A stretch of DNA of 51,063 bases from a virus (IMGVR_UViG_3300020473_000002:1-51063); one strand, 5' to 3'. Numbered from the stretch's first letter, positions 18,775 to 28,163 are shown. Numbers and translations: made by a program. The notes: a model not told the origin generated them from the letters alone.

Positions 18775-19077
18775 TCACTTTAATAGTTGATATAAATTGT
18801 CGCATTGCTGGCACTTGGCGCGCTTAGCCCCTGATCGGGTTTGTTTAAGTACACCATTACAATTAGGGCATGGCACTTGTGCAACTCGCGCGATCATCGC
18901 CTCGTTTATACCTGCGCTGTTATTTTTACGCGGCGGCAGCATACCCAGCGCTTTAAGTATTCGACGGTATTCGGTATTAATCCATTTACCGCCAGGTTCT
19001 AAGTGCTGGCCGTCGCCCATCATATCGCCGAGCTTAACAAGCTGGCTATGCAAATGGGCGTTTGTTTTATCGTTCAT
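18775..19077 (-). CDS. Zn-ribbon hypothetical protein
   Basis: CPNC...CQQC. Confidence 0.7.
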   Translation of the reverse strand: MNDKTNAHLHSQLVKLGDMMGDGQHLEPGGKWINTEYRRILKALGMLPPRKNNSAGINEAMIARVAQVPCPNCNGVLKQTRSGAKRAKCQQCDNLYQLLK

Positions 19078-19678
19078 CAGGTAAAAGCCTTTCACCAATA
19101 ACCGTTGTTGTATAACTAATAGAATACTCAGGCTCTACGTTATAAGCACCCCCGCAGGTATCGCAGGTTTCTTCACCCTCTGGCACCCCATCGGCCGTGC
19201 AAGGCTCATGTTCGGTAGCGCAATGCGGGCATTTTATATTATCTTGAGATTGATATTCCCACTTGTCGTACTCTCCACTGCGCTCAACCGCTTTAGCTAC
19301 GCGCTTTAATGCGGTTTGTTTTCTTTCGCTAACTAATCGGGTTTGGCAAGCGGCACAACGCCAAGTGTTATTTGAGCAACTCCAAACATGCTGAGTTTGC
19401 GCACTGCGAGGTTGCTGGCATGTCACACATTTGTCGTGTTCATCGCATACAATATATTGCGATTGGCTAGGGTCGCAATGGCTACACCCATTTACCCAAT
19501 ACCATTTACTATCAATAAGCTTGGCGTACATTGCTTTATTAGTAGGGTGCTTTAATACTACATCGGCGTTTTCTACGCTTATAAACTCGCGTGTTTTTAC
19601 CTCCCTAAAAAGCATCGTGCTGCCACTTCGCACTACGTCCATTGCGGGTGTTAATCGGCTATCGTTTATCAAATCCAT
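19067..19678 (-). CDS. Multi-CxxC (Zn-finger) hypothetical protein
   Basis: Several CxxC pairs; start uncertain. Confidence 0.7.
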   Translation of the reverse strand: MDLINDSRLTPAMDVVRSGSTMLFREVKTREFISVENADVVLKHPTNKAMYAKLIDSKWYWVNGCSHCDPSQSQYIVCDEHDKCVTCQQPRSAQTQHVWSCSNNTWRCAACQTRLVSERKQTALKRVAKAVERSGEYDKWEYQSQDNIKCPHCATEHEPCTADGVPEGEETCDTCGGAYNVEPEYSISYTTTVIGERLLPDER

Positions 19679-19679
19679 T

Positions 19680-19898
19680 TTAAACCCCTTGCCCAAACTC
19701 GGTTAAATCTTCAAATTCGTCAAAAATAAAGCTTTCGCGAACCGCCACCACTTTAAGCACAACTTGCATTTCTTGTTGGCCGCACAGTATACGCCCTAAA
19801 CTTACCTCGTTGTCGGCGTAATCGTGCTCTAGTATTTCAGTTACTAGGCTATCTACATTATCAACCGCTGTTGCGGCCACTTCTTGTGAACCTGTCAT
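19680..19898 (-). CDS. Acidic hypothetical protein
   Basis: GGAG SD before ATG 19898. Confidence 0.6.
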   Translation of the reverse strand: MTGSQEVAATAVDNVDSLVTEILEHDYADNEVSLGRILCGQQEMQVVLKVVAVRESFIFDEFEDLTEFGQGV

Positions 19899-20085
19899 AA
19901 TTGCTCCAAATTGCATTTTACCGTGTAAATAAACAGTAGCAATGAACGGCGCGCATGTAAACACGAATCGTGTTATTTAACTAAAAACATATAAAAAGTA
20001 TATATTTTAAATATATTAAAAATACCTCTTGTATATCTTTTTTAAATAGCGTACATTTTACCGTGTAAAATAAAGGAGCAATCAC

Positions 20086-20718
20086 ATGATCATAGTTTTA
20101 GCGCATAACAAAGGCGGGGTGGGTAAAACAACCACCGCTTTAAATTTAACCGAAATATTGGAACCGGACATCGTTATTGATCAAGATGCGCACAGCAACT
20201 TGGTTACACTTAACAGCTTTAGAGCCGACAACGAGCAACTAAACGTATTAAGCGGATTAAGCAAAAACGAGTTAATAGCGCAATTGCAGCAAAGCGAGCA
20301 AGGTAAATTAATACTGGTAGATTGTGGCGGCTTTGATTCTGAGCTAAACCGAATTGCGGTGGCCCTAAGTGATTTGGTTATTGTGCCTGCTAACGACGAC
20401 ATAACCGAAGTGATTGGCCTTAAAAGCTTTGATGAAACACTAAAGCAAATTAGCCGTGATATGGGCGAACCAGTAAACGGCCGTGTGTTGTTTACTCGCG
20501 TACACCCACGCCGCAAAAAGTTTGACGACGTAGAGCAATTTTTAAATAACTCGGCGCATTTATCACGCCTTAACACGACGCTGGCAACGCGTAAAGATTA
20601 CCCACTAGCCGCCAATGACGGCTACGGTGTAACAGCGCATAAAAAAACAAAATACAGTGATGCAGCGCGCGAAGTAACCGCGCTTTCAAACGAAATTAAA
20701 GCATTATTAAATATATAA
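20086..20718 (+). CDS. parA: ParA partition ATPase (short, type Ib-like)
   Basis: KGGVGKTT deviant Walker A; IDQD and LVDC motifs. Confidence 0.93.
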   Translation: MIIVLAHNKGGVGKTTTALNLTEILEPDIVIDQDAHSNLVTLNSFRADNEQLNVLSGLSKNELIAQLQQSEQGKLILVDCGGFDSELNRIAVALSDLVIVPANDDITEVIGLKSFDETLKQISRDMGEPVNGRVLFTRVHPRRKKFDDVEQFLNNSAHLSRLNTTLATRKDYPLAANDGYGVTAHKKTKYSDAAREVTALSNEIKALLNI

Positions 20719-20758
20719 AGCATATGCAAAATATACATATTAAATACTGGGGTAAGTT

Positions 20759-20992
20759 ATGAGTAAGAGTAAGTTCGATAAATTAAACAACGTAGGTAAA
20801 AGCGCCGCTTTGTCTGAACAAAACACAAAGGCGGTTTCAAGCGAATATAAATCAAAACTATTAGGGCGCGTACCTGTCGCCGCGCAAGAAAAACACGCCG
20901 AGCTAAAAGCCCAAGGTAAAACCAGTTTAACGTTTAGCGCTTATATTATTGAAGCGTTAATTGAGAAGTTAGAGCGCGACTTGAACAAGTAG
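20759..20992 (+). CDS. Small ParG-like (RHH) partition partner
   Basis: 77 aa directly downstream of parA; C-terminal TFSAYIIEALIEKL helix. Confidence 0.7.
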   Translation: MSKSKFDKLNNVGKSAALSEQNTKAVSSEYKSKLLGRVPVAAQEKHAELKAQGKTSLTFSAYIIEALIEKLERDLNK

Positions 20993-21061
20993 CGTAAAAA
21001 GTAAAGCCGGTGAACTTCGACCCCCACCGGCTAAATGCAACACTAAAGAGGAAACTTTAAA

Positions 21062-21202
21062 ATGTCACAAGCAAACTATACAGCAATACAAAAAATGCGT
21101 CTAATTGATTTACACACCCTACCAAGCGAGCTGCTATTAGCATGGCTGGCTAGTAAACCCGCATGGCTGCAGGCGGCAGTTATTGGCCGCCAAGCGCATT
21201 AA
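21062..21202 (+). CDS. 46-aa small ORF
   Basis: GAGG SD; MSQANYTAIQKMRLIDLHTLPSELLLAWLASKPAWLQAAVIGRQAH*. Confidence 0.45.
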   Translation: MSQANYTAIQKMRLIDLHTLPSELLLAWLASKPAWLQAAVIGRQAH

Positions 21203-21344
21203 TATTTTTTTGTAGTATTTGGGCGATTTTCAACGCAGCATGATTGGTTGGTAAATCGCCCTCACTTGCTCTTGCAAGTAACACTGCCAACGAATGGGCG
21301 TTCTGTAATGAATCACTAACCTGTGCGTTCTTTTGATTGTCCAT
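21180..21344 (-). CDS. 54-aa small ORF divergent from the HTH regulator
   Basis: AAGGA SD; MDNQKNAQVSDSLQNAHSLAVLLARASEGDLPTNHAALKIAQILQKNINALGGQ*. Confidence 0.65.
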   Translation of the reverse strand: MDNQKNAQVSDSLQNAHSLAVLLARASEGDLPTNHAALKIAQILQKNINALGGQ

Positions 21345-21502
21345 AATATATCCTTGATAACTGCATAATGACCAGTCGAAAATTACACATAAAATAACAA
21401 CAATGCAATAAAAACTTACATTTTGTCAGTTTTTATTCAGGCAAGGTATGTAATTGTAATTAAAGTCGGTTATTATAGCGCCAATATTAATAAGGTATCT
21501 GC

Positions 21503-21928
21503 ATGTTTAAAAAGACACTAACACCCGAACAACAAGCCGTACACGACATAATAGAGCGCGTGTGCTGGGCGCAGGGTGTTAAAAACAAAGCAGCACTTGA
21601 ACGCAAACTCAGACTTAGCGACTCTTTTTGCGCGCAAAAAATAAAGCGCGGCTCAATTCCCTATGCACTACTTGACCAAACAGCCCGCGAAACGCATACA
21701 AGCATAGACCACTTATTATATGGCACCCCCATGGCCCAAATAGACCCAAACGACTTATTGTATATAAAGCAAGGTTTAGTAAAAAGCCTGCGCGAACTTA
21801 GCGAGCAAGGGTTTATTAATAAGGTAAAATGCTTAGAAGATTTAGAGCAGCTTGCCAAAAAACAAGCCGCAGATATAGAGCACGAACTACTTATACAATG
21901 GAATAAAGAGAGTAAAGAGCGCGCCTAG
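21503..21928 (+). CDS. HTH transcription factor (phage 186 CI N-terminal-like)
   Basis: IIERVCWAQGVKNKAALERKLRLS..KRGSIPY..SIDHLLYG. Confidence 0.75.
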   Translation: MFKKTLTPEQQAVHDIIERVCWAQGVKNKAALERKLRLSDSFCAQKIKRGSIPYALLDQTARETHTSIDHLLYGTPMAQIDPNDLLYIKQGLVKSLRELSEQGFINKVKCLEDLEQLAKKQAADIEHELLIQWNKESKERA

Positions 21929-22311
21929 CGCTCTTGGTTAAACTTAGCGTAAATAACTTTATGGTTATTCTTTTTATCGTACTGGTTCATTAACTGGCCT
22001 ATTGATAAATCCTCAGCAGGCGCTTGTATTTCTGCCGGTGTTATTTTTGGCAAATCCACTTGGTAACGCTGCATTGCCGGAAACTTACCCACGATCAGCG
22101 CAATTTCATTTTTAAGCTTTTCGGCTTCATCCATTAGCTGCATCGATTTAGTAAAATCGGTTTCATGCTTAGCATTAATACTTAGCATTATGGCCAGCTC
22201 AGATTTATCGCGTATTTGTTTTTTAAAAATACTATTGCGCGATGCAAGCCAGGTACTTGCCAATAACAGCAAAACCAATACCGCTAACGCGGCGTAAATA
22301 ATATAAATCAC
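21925..22311 (-). CDS. Single-TM anchored protein
   Basis: N-terminal hydrophobic helix; starts 2 bp after the upstream membrane gene. Confidence 0.7.
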   Translation of the reverse strand: MIYIIYAALAVLVLLLLASTWLASRNSIFKKQIRDKSELAIMLSINAKHETDFTKSMQLMDEAEKLKNEIALIVGKFPAMQRYQVDLPKITPAEIQAPAEDLSIGQLMNQYDKKNNHKVIYAKFNQER

Positions 22312-22313
22312 GT

Positions 22314-22892
22314 TTACCCCCTTGGTAACTGCAAACTTAATACACGGCCTGCACGTGTATTCACTAAGCGCGGCAGCAATATAAGCACACCCAGCGCCCC
22401 GCTAATGTAAAGCACTGTAAAACTATACAGGTAATGTAGCACTGCAAACCCTTCTTGAATATCCAAAACCACAAATTTAAACCATAAAATAAAATGCGCC
22501 AGCGCCAATACTAAGGTTAAGCGCAGCACCACAAAAAACAGCCCGCCGTATTTGTAGCTAAAACGTATATGTAATCTATACACAATGAATATACTTAATA
22601 TATTAAATGCACATAAACCTAAATAAACGTTTTGCGCTAAATCGCCGCGCTGGGTGTTAGCTAAAAACATTAGGGCGCGTTCCATTAACAATGTGGTAAG
22701 CATGTATTTAGACACCACCACCGCTATACATAAAAAATCACTAAACAATTCGCGCTGTCGCATCGCTCTGAATAACGACAAAGCTAACGCCAAAACATAA
22801 ACCAGCGAAATAAGCACCTGTATAGAAAATACATTATGGTTGGCCGTGGCGACCAAAAGCGAGTTGTAAATATTTGAAAGGGTATTAACCAT
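22314..22892 (-). CDS. Polytopic membrane protein (about 5-6 TM)
   Basis: Multiple hydrophobic segments; AAGGA SD favours ATG 22892. Confidence 0.8.
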   Translation of the reverse strand: MVNTLSNIYNSLLVATANHNVFSIQVLISLVYVLALALSLFRAMRQRELFSDFLCIAVVVSKYMLTTLLMERALMFLANTQRGDLAQNVYLGLCAFNILSIFIVYRLHIRFSYKYGGLFFVVLRLTLVLALAHFILWFKFVVLDIQEGFAVLHYLYSFTVLYISGALGVLILLPRLVNTRAGRVLSLQLPRG

Positions 22893-22934
22893 ATTCATTC
22901 CTTGAGTAAGGCGTAAGAATACAATTTTGCCCAT

Positions 22935-22958
22935 AAAAAAACCAGCTAATTAGCTGGC
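22935..22958 (-). terminator. Hairpin plus T-run between the peptide and membrane genes
   Basis: CCAGCTA-at-TAGCTGG followed by T7. Confidence 0.65.
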
Positions 22959-22970
22959 TTAATTTTAGGC

Positions 22971-23144
22971 TTACTTTGGTTTTTTTGGGTTTAAAATAAT
23001 AATACCGCCTGACCCTTGTATTTTTGGTTTTGGTTTAGGGTTTAAAATAATAATGCCACCCGAGCCTTTTAATTGTTCTGTGCTTACGTTCGCTGGGGTT
23101 ACGTCTGCTGATAGTGCGCTTACTAATAATAATGAAAGTGTCAT
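22971..23144 (-). CDS. 57-aa putative secreted peptide precursor with duplicated GSGGIIILNPK core (not in ORF track)
   Basis: AAGGAG SD; MTLSLLLVSALSADVTPANVSTEQLKGSGGIIILNPKPKPKIQGSGGIIILNPKKPK*. Confidence 0.85.
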   Translation of the reverse strand: MTLSLLLVSALSADVTPANVSTEQLKGSGGIIILNPKPKPKIQGSGGIIILNPKKPK

Positions 23145-23319
23145 TTTTTTGCTCCTTAAAATAGTTAAGTGAGCATTAGCAGGGTTCGTGCCAATATAAA
23201 CGCCTGAAATAAAACAACACTCTAGGGTAAACCCTAGGGTTTATTAAATTAGCATTGCACAACGCGCAATATGTAAACTTTAGCGATAACAAAACAACTC
23301 TAAAGTTTAAGCAGGCACC

Positions 23320-24024
23320 GTGGCAAAAAATTACGCTTACATACGCATAAGCGATGCGCGCAAACAGCACAGCAAAGGGCAGCGCCATAACATAAGCCAA
23401 TACGCGCAAAAGCACGGTTTTTTTATATATAAATGGTACGAATATAACTTAAGCGGCGCGAGCACCAATAAAACCCAGCGCGGGCTTATTGATTTAATAG
23501 AGCGATTAGCGCCAGGTGATCGGGTATTGGTTAACGATATAGAGCGACTAGGGCGCGACTCTATCAGCGATATTATGGAAGTAACCACCCGCATAATAAA
23601 CGCAGGGGCCGAACTACACTTTTGCTTAACTGGCGACACCCTCACCCCCAGCCACAAAAACGACGTAGGGCAATTTTTTATTCAAATAGGGCGCGCCTTT
23701 GCCGCCCAAGACTTTAGCAAACAGCGCAGCTTAAAAGCCAAAGCGGCCGCCGCTAACCGTAAAGCGAATAATTTACCTGCAGGGCGCGCGCGTGGGGCCA
23801 TAGTAAAAAGCAGGCTTGATACCAGCGAAAACCAAATATTATTTTGGTTAAGCCAAGACGTATTTAAAAGCGAAATAGCGCGGCGGTTAAATGTAAGCAG
23901 TACCGCACTTATAAAATGGCTTGATCGGCGCGACGAGCTAATATGCCAAGCCCGCGAGCGGGGGCTATACGAAAGCGGGCTAAGCATTGGAGAAATAAAA
24001 CGGCGGTTAAAGGGTAAGGGTTAA
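23320..24024 (+). CDS. Serine recombinase (resolvase/invertase)
   Basis: YAYIRIS catalytic Ser, GDRVLVNDIERLGR, C-terminal HTH. Confidence 0.92.
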   Translation: MAKNYAYIRISDARKQHSKGQRHNISQYAQKHGFFIYKWYEYNLSGASTNKTQRGLIDLIERLAPGDRVLVNDIERLGRDSISDIMEVTTRIINAGAELHFCLTGDTLTPSHKNDVGQFFIQIGRAFAAQDFSKQRSLKAKAAAANRKANNLPAGRARGAIVKSRLDTSENQILFWLSQDVFKSEIARRLNVSSTALIKWLDRRDELICQARERGLYESGLSIGEIKRRLKGKG

Positions 24025-24359
24025 AGTGTTTTTGCAAAGCATTCTATTTTAATTTTTAATTCGCTTACGCATGCCTCAGCCTCTTTTTTTAACTCATCAA
24101 GTGACGCGGCTGTTATTTTTCTCTCTTTTAAAACTTTTTCACCTATTACCAGCCTAATTGTACCATCCCATACAGGGCTGTGCGGCGTGGGCGGGTAAAA
24201 GCGACTAGTGAAACTTATTAACTCACCATCAAAGTCGAGCTTAAAACCACAATCAAACAGCCAGCGCGAATAGTCTGTTTGTTTGTTTTTGTTAGCCACG
24301 TTTTGCCACTCTTTGGCGCTTTCCCAGTTTTTTAAATAAAGCTCATCATTTTTATGCAT
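24021..24359 (-). CDS. Hypothetical protein
   Basis: ORF with SD. Confidence 0.65.
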   Translation of the reverse strand: MHKNDELYLKNWESAKEWQNVANKNKQTDYSRWLFDCGFKLDFDGELISFTSRFYPPTPHSPVWDGTIRLVIGEKVLKERKITAASLDELKKEAEACVSELKIKIECFAKTL

Positions 24360-24445
24360 GTGAATGCCCTTATATAAACTATTAGGCCGCGCCTAATGGT
24401 TGGTTAATGTTCCCAACTATCCGGAATTTCCGGTTAGTTGCAATT

Positions 24446-24697
24446 TTACCCGAGTGCAAGCCCTTGCCAGTAAAGGCAATACGCCACCCATGCAAAAAAC
24501 CCTAGTATAAAAGATAGTGCCATATCTTTTGGTAAATACTTAATGGCATGGTCGTTTATTTTTGTTCTATAGCTACTGCAGCGCCAAACGCACAGCGCAA
24601 CTAAAAAACCAAATTCGTGATTGTATGCGTAAAAACACCAATCAAGCCACAATATAAAAAAGGGCAAGTTTTGCGGGTCGATATAATCTATTAGCAT
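24446..24697 (-). CDS. Small membrane protein
   Basis: Hydrophobic, aromatic-rich segments. Confidence 0.55.
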   Translation of the reverse strand: MLIDYIDPQNLPFFILWLDWCFYAYNHEFGFLVALCVWRCSSYRTKINDHAIKYLPKDMALSFILGFFAWVAYCLYWQGLALG

Positions 24698-24847
24698 TTA
24701 CAGCCTAAATAAGTTAAACCCGCAAGACTTATAAAACGCCACTAACTCTTTGCGGGTATTGCATTTAAAGCGTGGTAAAAAGCCTTGCTGGTATTTTTTA
24801 CGCGAACCAAATACCCAGTACTGGCCCTTAATCATTTTATGGTACAT
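24698..24847 (-). CDS. 49-aa basic small ORF
   Basis: MYHKMIKGQYWVFGSRKKYQQG...; fills the operon gap exactly. Confidence 0.55.
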   Translation of the reverse strand: MYHKMIKGQYWVFGSRKKYQQGFLPRFKCNTRKELVAFYKSCGFNLFRL

Positions 24848-24849
24848 AG

Positions 24850-25105
24850 CTAACTCATTTGTATTTCAAACTTAGTTACACCGTGCTTATTTAAAAACGC
24901 GGCCATGTTATCTAAACGCCAGGTGCGCAAATCATCGGCGCGGCCATGGCGTACCGTGTACGCAATCGCTTGGCCTGCAATAATGCCGATCACATGGTAT
25001 TTATTCGTGCCTGCTTGTTGCTGGGCCATCACCTTGTTAAATACTTTTGCTTGCAGTAAGCGTAAAAACTCGCCCTCTTTTACGCGGTTAAATTTAATGT
25101 TCATG
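24850..25105 (-). CDS. Hypothetical protein
   Basis: Start MNIKFNRV abuts the upstream stop. Confidence 0.65.
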
Positions 25106-25525
25106 CTACATATTGCCGTTTTGTGGTGTTTGTTTTGGGTTAATGTCGCTAAGTACAGGCAGCACACCTAAATCAATAATGCTTTTTGCATGCGAATACT
25201 TTATTTTTTTGTAGGTAAACCACACTTCGCCGTTTTCTACTTTTATGCGCGGGCCATACGCTGTATTAACCAAGGAGCCATGCGTTAATAGTTTACGATG
25301 GTGCTGTAAAAGCGCTTGCGTGGTTAACGCCTGATCACACGCTAAGTCATATTTACATAAGTAGCGTTCTTGCCATTCATGTTCGCCAATTTCAGCAACA
25401 ACCAATACCAACGCATAACCGACCCCCTTTTTTATTTCTAGCGGGGTCGCGCTTGGCTCATTTGGGTTAAACATATCTAATTGAATTTCAGCCACGATCA
25501 CCGCCATAACAATTAAGCACATCAA
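25106..25525 (-). CDS. Hypothetical protein (start uncertain)
   Basis: ORF in leftward operon. Confidence 0.55.
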   Translation of the reverse strand: MMCLIVMAVIVAEIQLDMFNPNEPSATPLEIKKGVGYALVLVVAEIGEHEWQERYLCKYDLACDQALTTQALLQHHRKLLTHGSLVNTAYGPRIKVENGEVWFTYKKIKYSHAKSIIDLGVLPVLSDINPKQTPQNGNM

Positions 25526-25706
25526 AAATTAAATACTCATTGGGCGGGGTAAAGCGGCCAATGGTGGTGGGTTCGCCTTTATGCTTAATTTGATAGGCAA
25601 TATCGTGCTCTTGGCGGTGTATCGATGGGCACTCAAGCACCGGTGTTTTTAAGCGAGCCGCGTTTAAGTAATCATTAAATTGCATTTCATTAACGAGTAA
25701 AGCCAA
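25488..25706 (-). CDS. Hypothetical protein
   Basis: ORF in leftward operon. Confidence 0.55.
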   Translation of the reverse strand: MALLVNEMQFNDYLNAARLKTPVLECPSIHRQEHDIAYQIKHKGEPTTIGRFTPPNEYLIFDVLNCYGGDRG

Positions 25707-25905
25707 GCACCACCCCCGTTTTAATAAGCTCTACACTTTCGCAGCGCACCCACTGCCATTCGTCGGCGGGTATTTGGTCACGTTCAGGAACCAACGCAAA
25801 TAACCCCTCAGTAAAATTAGAGGCAATCACATAATGTTTAACCCCCTCGTACATTACGTACATGTGCGTGTGGTGTTCCATGGTGTTAAAAATGGCCCTA
25901 TTCAT
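25690..25905 (-). CDS. Hypothetical protein
   Basis: ATGA overlap with the MTase stop. Confidence 0.65.
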   Translation of the reverse strand: MNRAIFNTMEHHTHMYVMYEGVKHYVIASNFTEGLFALVPERDQIPADEWQWVRCESVELIKTGVVLGFTR

Positions 25906-27269
25906 GCGGCAACCTGTTTTTTAGACGGTATTAAGTTAGCTGTAACAAGGGCCGCCGCTGCAGGTGGGCATACTGCGTTACCACAGCGGGCCACTTGATT
26001 TTGCTTAGTGTTCTTTTTGCCCTCGCTATTAAACGCGGTTTGGTAATTAGCAGGAAACCCCATGGCCGCGTACAGCTCGTGCGGTTCAAACATACGCATA
26101 CCAATATCAACAATTTGGTATTTACTGCCTTTAACCATGACAACACCGTAACGGTCTTTGGTGGTTATAGTGCCTAATGGCTCAAGGGTGCTTTGGGCGC
26201 TTGATGTGCCAAAGTATTTAATTAAAAACGTTTGCACCTCGCCTAAGTGGTTGCCACCGGCTGAAATAGTATGTAAGGGCTCGTTTGTTTTATGGCCGGT
26301 ATTAGTGCCGCGTAACTTTATTATATGGCTGGTTACTAGTGAAATATCACACTGATTAGAGGCGTTAGCATGTTCGGTTATAAATGGGGCGACTTTTTCG
26401 CGAGGCACTATAAACGGATCAGGGTCGTTAATTATGTATTTTTCAATCCCTTTAGCAATGCGGATCATGGTCTTTTCAGCTAGCGGGCGGGCACGGTTAA
26501 AAATAGATTTAACAGGTATTGACCAGTCGATAACATCAGCAGCGGTTTTTATTTTTTCTAAACCTTGCGAAATATCGCCATGGGTAGGGGCGGGCCATTG
26601 CACCGGCTGCCCATCATTACGGGCAACAATAAATAAACGCTCGCGGCTGGTTGGTACACCATAATCAGACATTTTAAGCAGCTTGTGCTCTACACAATAA
26701 CCCAGCCCCTTAAATAGTTTTAACTTTGCGGTTATATCAAACTCAATATTTAAAGCGCGCACCGCCTCTTGCCAAGTTGGGTGCGTTGGTTTTAGCCCCG
26801 TGGTTAAAGCTTTTATAAAGCCGTCGAACGTTTCGCCTTTACGGGTTGGGCATGGCCGTGGTTGATCGTTCATATACACCACCGGCCCCCACGATAAAAA
26901 TTCACTTACGTTTTCAAGCATTAAAATACGCACCGGCACCGACATAGCCCAGCGAACCGCCACCCATGCAAGGCCGCGTATTTGTTTATTTACTGGGGTT
27001 GCGCCTTTGGCGCGGCTAAAGTGCTTACAGTCGGGGCTTAACCATGCAATGCCAACGGGGCGGCCTGCGCAGGCATTAACCGGATCAACATCCCATACCG
27101 ATTCGCAATAATGCTTGGTGTTTGGGTGGTTAACCTTGTGCATATCTATTGCGGCGGGGTCGTGGTTTATGGCTATATCAACACTTTTACCTAATGCCAT
27201 TTCAAGGCCGGTACTTGCGCCGCCGCCACCGGCGAAATTATCAACGCTTATCTCATTTTTATTTAACAT
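25902..27269 (-). CDS. C5 cytosine DNA methyltransferase (phage type)
   Basis: FAGGGG (motif I), SPDCKHFS (IV), LENV (VI), RERLF (VIII) and GNAV (X). Confidence 0.94.
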   Translation of the reverse strand: MLNKNEISVDNFAGGGGASTGLEMALGKSVDIAINHDPAAIDMHKVNHPNTKHYCESVWDVDPVNACAGRPVGIAWLSPDCKHFSRAKGATPVNKQIRGLAWVAVRWAMSVPVRILMLENVSEFLSWGPVVYMNDQPRPCPTRKGETFDGFIKALTTGLKPTHPTWQEAVRALNIEFDITAKLKLFKGLGYCVEHKLLKMSDYGVPTSRERLFIVARNDGQPVQWPAPTHGDISQGLEKIKTAADVIDWSIPVKSIFNRARPLAEKTMIRIAKGIEKYIINDPDPFIVPREKVAPFITEHANASNQCDISLVTSHIIKLRGTNTGHKTNEPLHTISAGGNHLGEVQTFLIKYFGTSSAQSTLEPLGTITTKDRYGVVMVKGSKYQIVDIGMRMFEPHELYAAMGFPANYQTAFNSEGKKNTKQNQVARCGNAVCPPAAAALVTANLIPSKKQVAA

Positions 27270-27409
27270 GCTTGCCCTTGTGATTTACCGTGTAAAAACA
27301 TTATTACTGATAAAAATTACCGTGTAAACACAAATTATGTTATTTTGATTGCCGTGTAAAATTAGCATAGGATCACACCACGTTGAACAGCACAGCAAAC
27401 AACCACGCT

Positions 27410-27634
27410 ATGAGCAAAACAAAGCAAGAACAACAAGCCTTAACGGCGCAATCGCGCAAACAGCACCACCAAAAACAATTGGCTAACAAAGTGCGGGTTG
27501 ATGCGTATATCACGCCCGAATCAAAAGCGGCGCTTAAGCAAATAAAAGCGCAATTTGGGGAGGTTAAAAACGAAGGGCAAGCCATAGATAAAGCAATTTT
27601 ACTGGCCAGTGAGGCACTTAAAAACGCTGAATAA
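27410..27634 (+). CDS. Small probable DNA-binding (RHH-like) protein
   Basis: VRVDAYITPESKAALKQIK..EGQAIDKAI; start uncertain. Confidence 0.55.
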   Translation: MSKTKQEQQALTAQSRKQHHQKQLANKVRVDAYITPESKAALKQIKAQFGEVKNEGQAIDKAILLASEALKNAE

Positions 27635-27782
27635 GCAAAAAGAATATACATTAAATATATATTAAATATACTTTATATATTTATTAAATACGCTTTATAT
27701 ACCCCGCCTTGTGCGGGGTTTTTATTGGCTAAAATTAAGGTATGATTATTTTTGCTATTTATTTAACAAAAAAGGTACAGGT

Positions 27783-28148
27783 ATGTTTAAAACACTATTA
27801 ACAGTGACGGTTATTGCACTTGGTTTAAGTGGGTGTGCAAAGTCGAGTTATACGGTAGGGAATAATTTTGCCACTGAAAATATAAAGCAAATTACTAAAG
27901 GCGAAACAACCGCCGAGCAATTAACGGCATTATTTGGGCAGCCTTATTCAAAGTATGTATTAAGCAAAAACCAAACAAAATGGATGTATATTTATAACGA
28001 GGGCACAGCTAAAGCGCAGTCTTATTTATTTACCGCTAAAATAGAATCAAGCGGTACACAAAAAGTATTAGATGTATTGCTAACTGACGATGTTGTTACA
28101 AATTACACCTTTACCGAGGGCGCTATGCCAGGCATTAACGTTAATTAA
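27783..28148 (+). CDS. Lipoprotein, BamE/SmpA-like
   Basis: Lipobox LSGC; IKQITKGETTAEQLTALFGQP..WMY. Confidence 0.78.
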   Translation: MFKTLLTVTVIALGLSGCAKSSYTVGNNFATENIKQITKGETTAEQLTALFGQPYSKYVLSKNQTKWMYIYNEGTAKAQSYLFTAKIESSGTQKVLDVLLTDDVVTNYTFTEGAMPGINVN

Positions 28149-28163
28149 ATTAATTAATAAAAC

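Noticed and set aside
22971-23144. RiPP biosynthetic cluster
   Set aside because: No modification enzyme, peptidase or ABC transporter nearby; kept instead as a signalling or toxin peptide candidate
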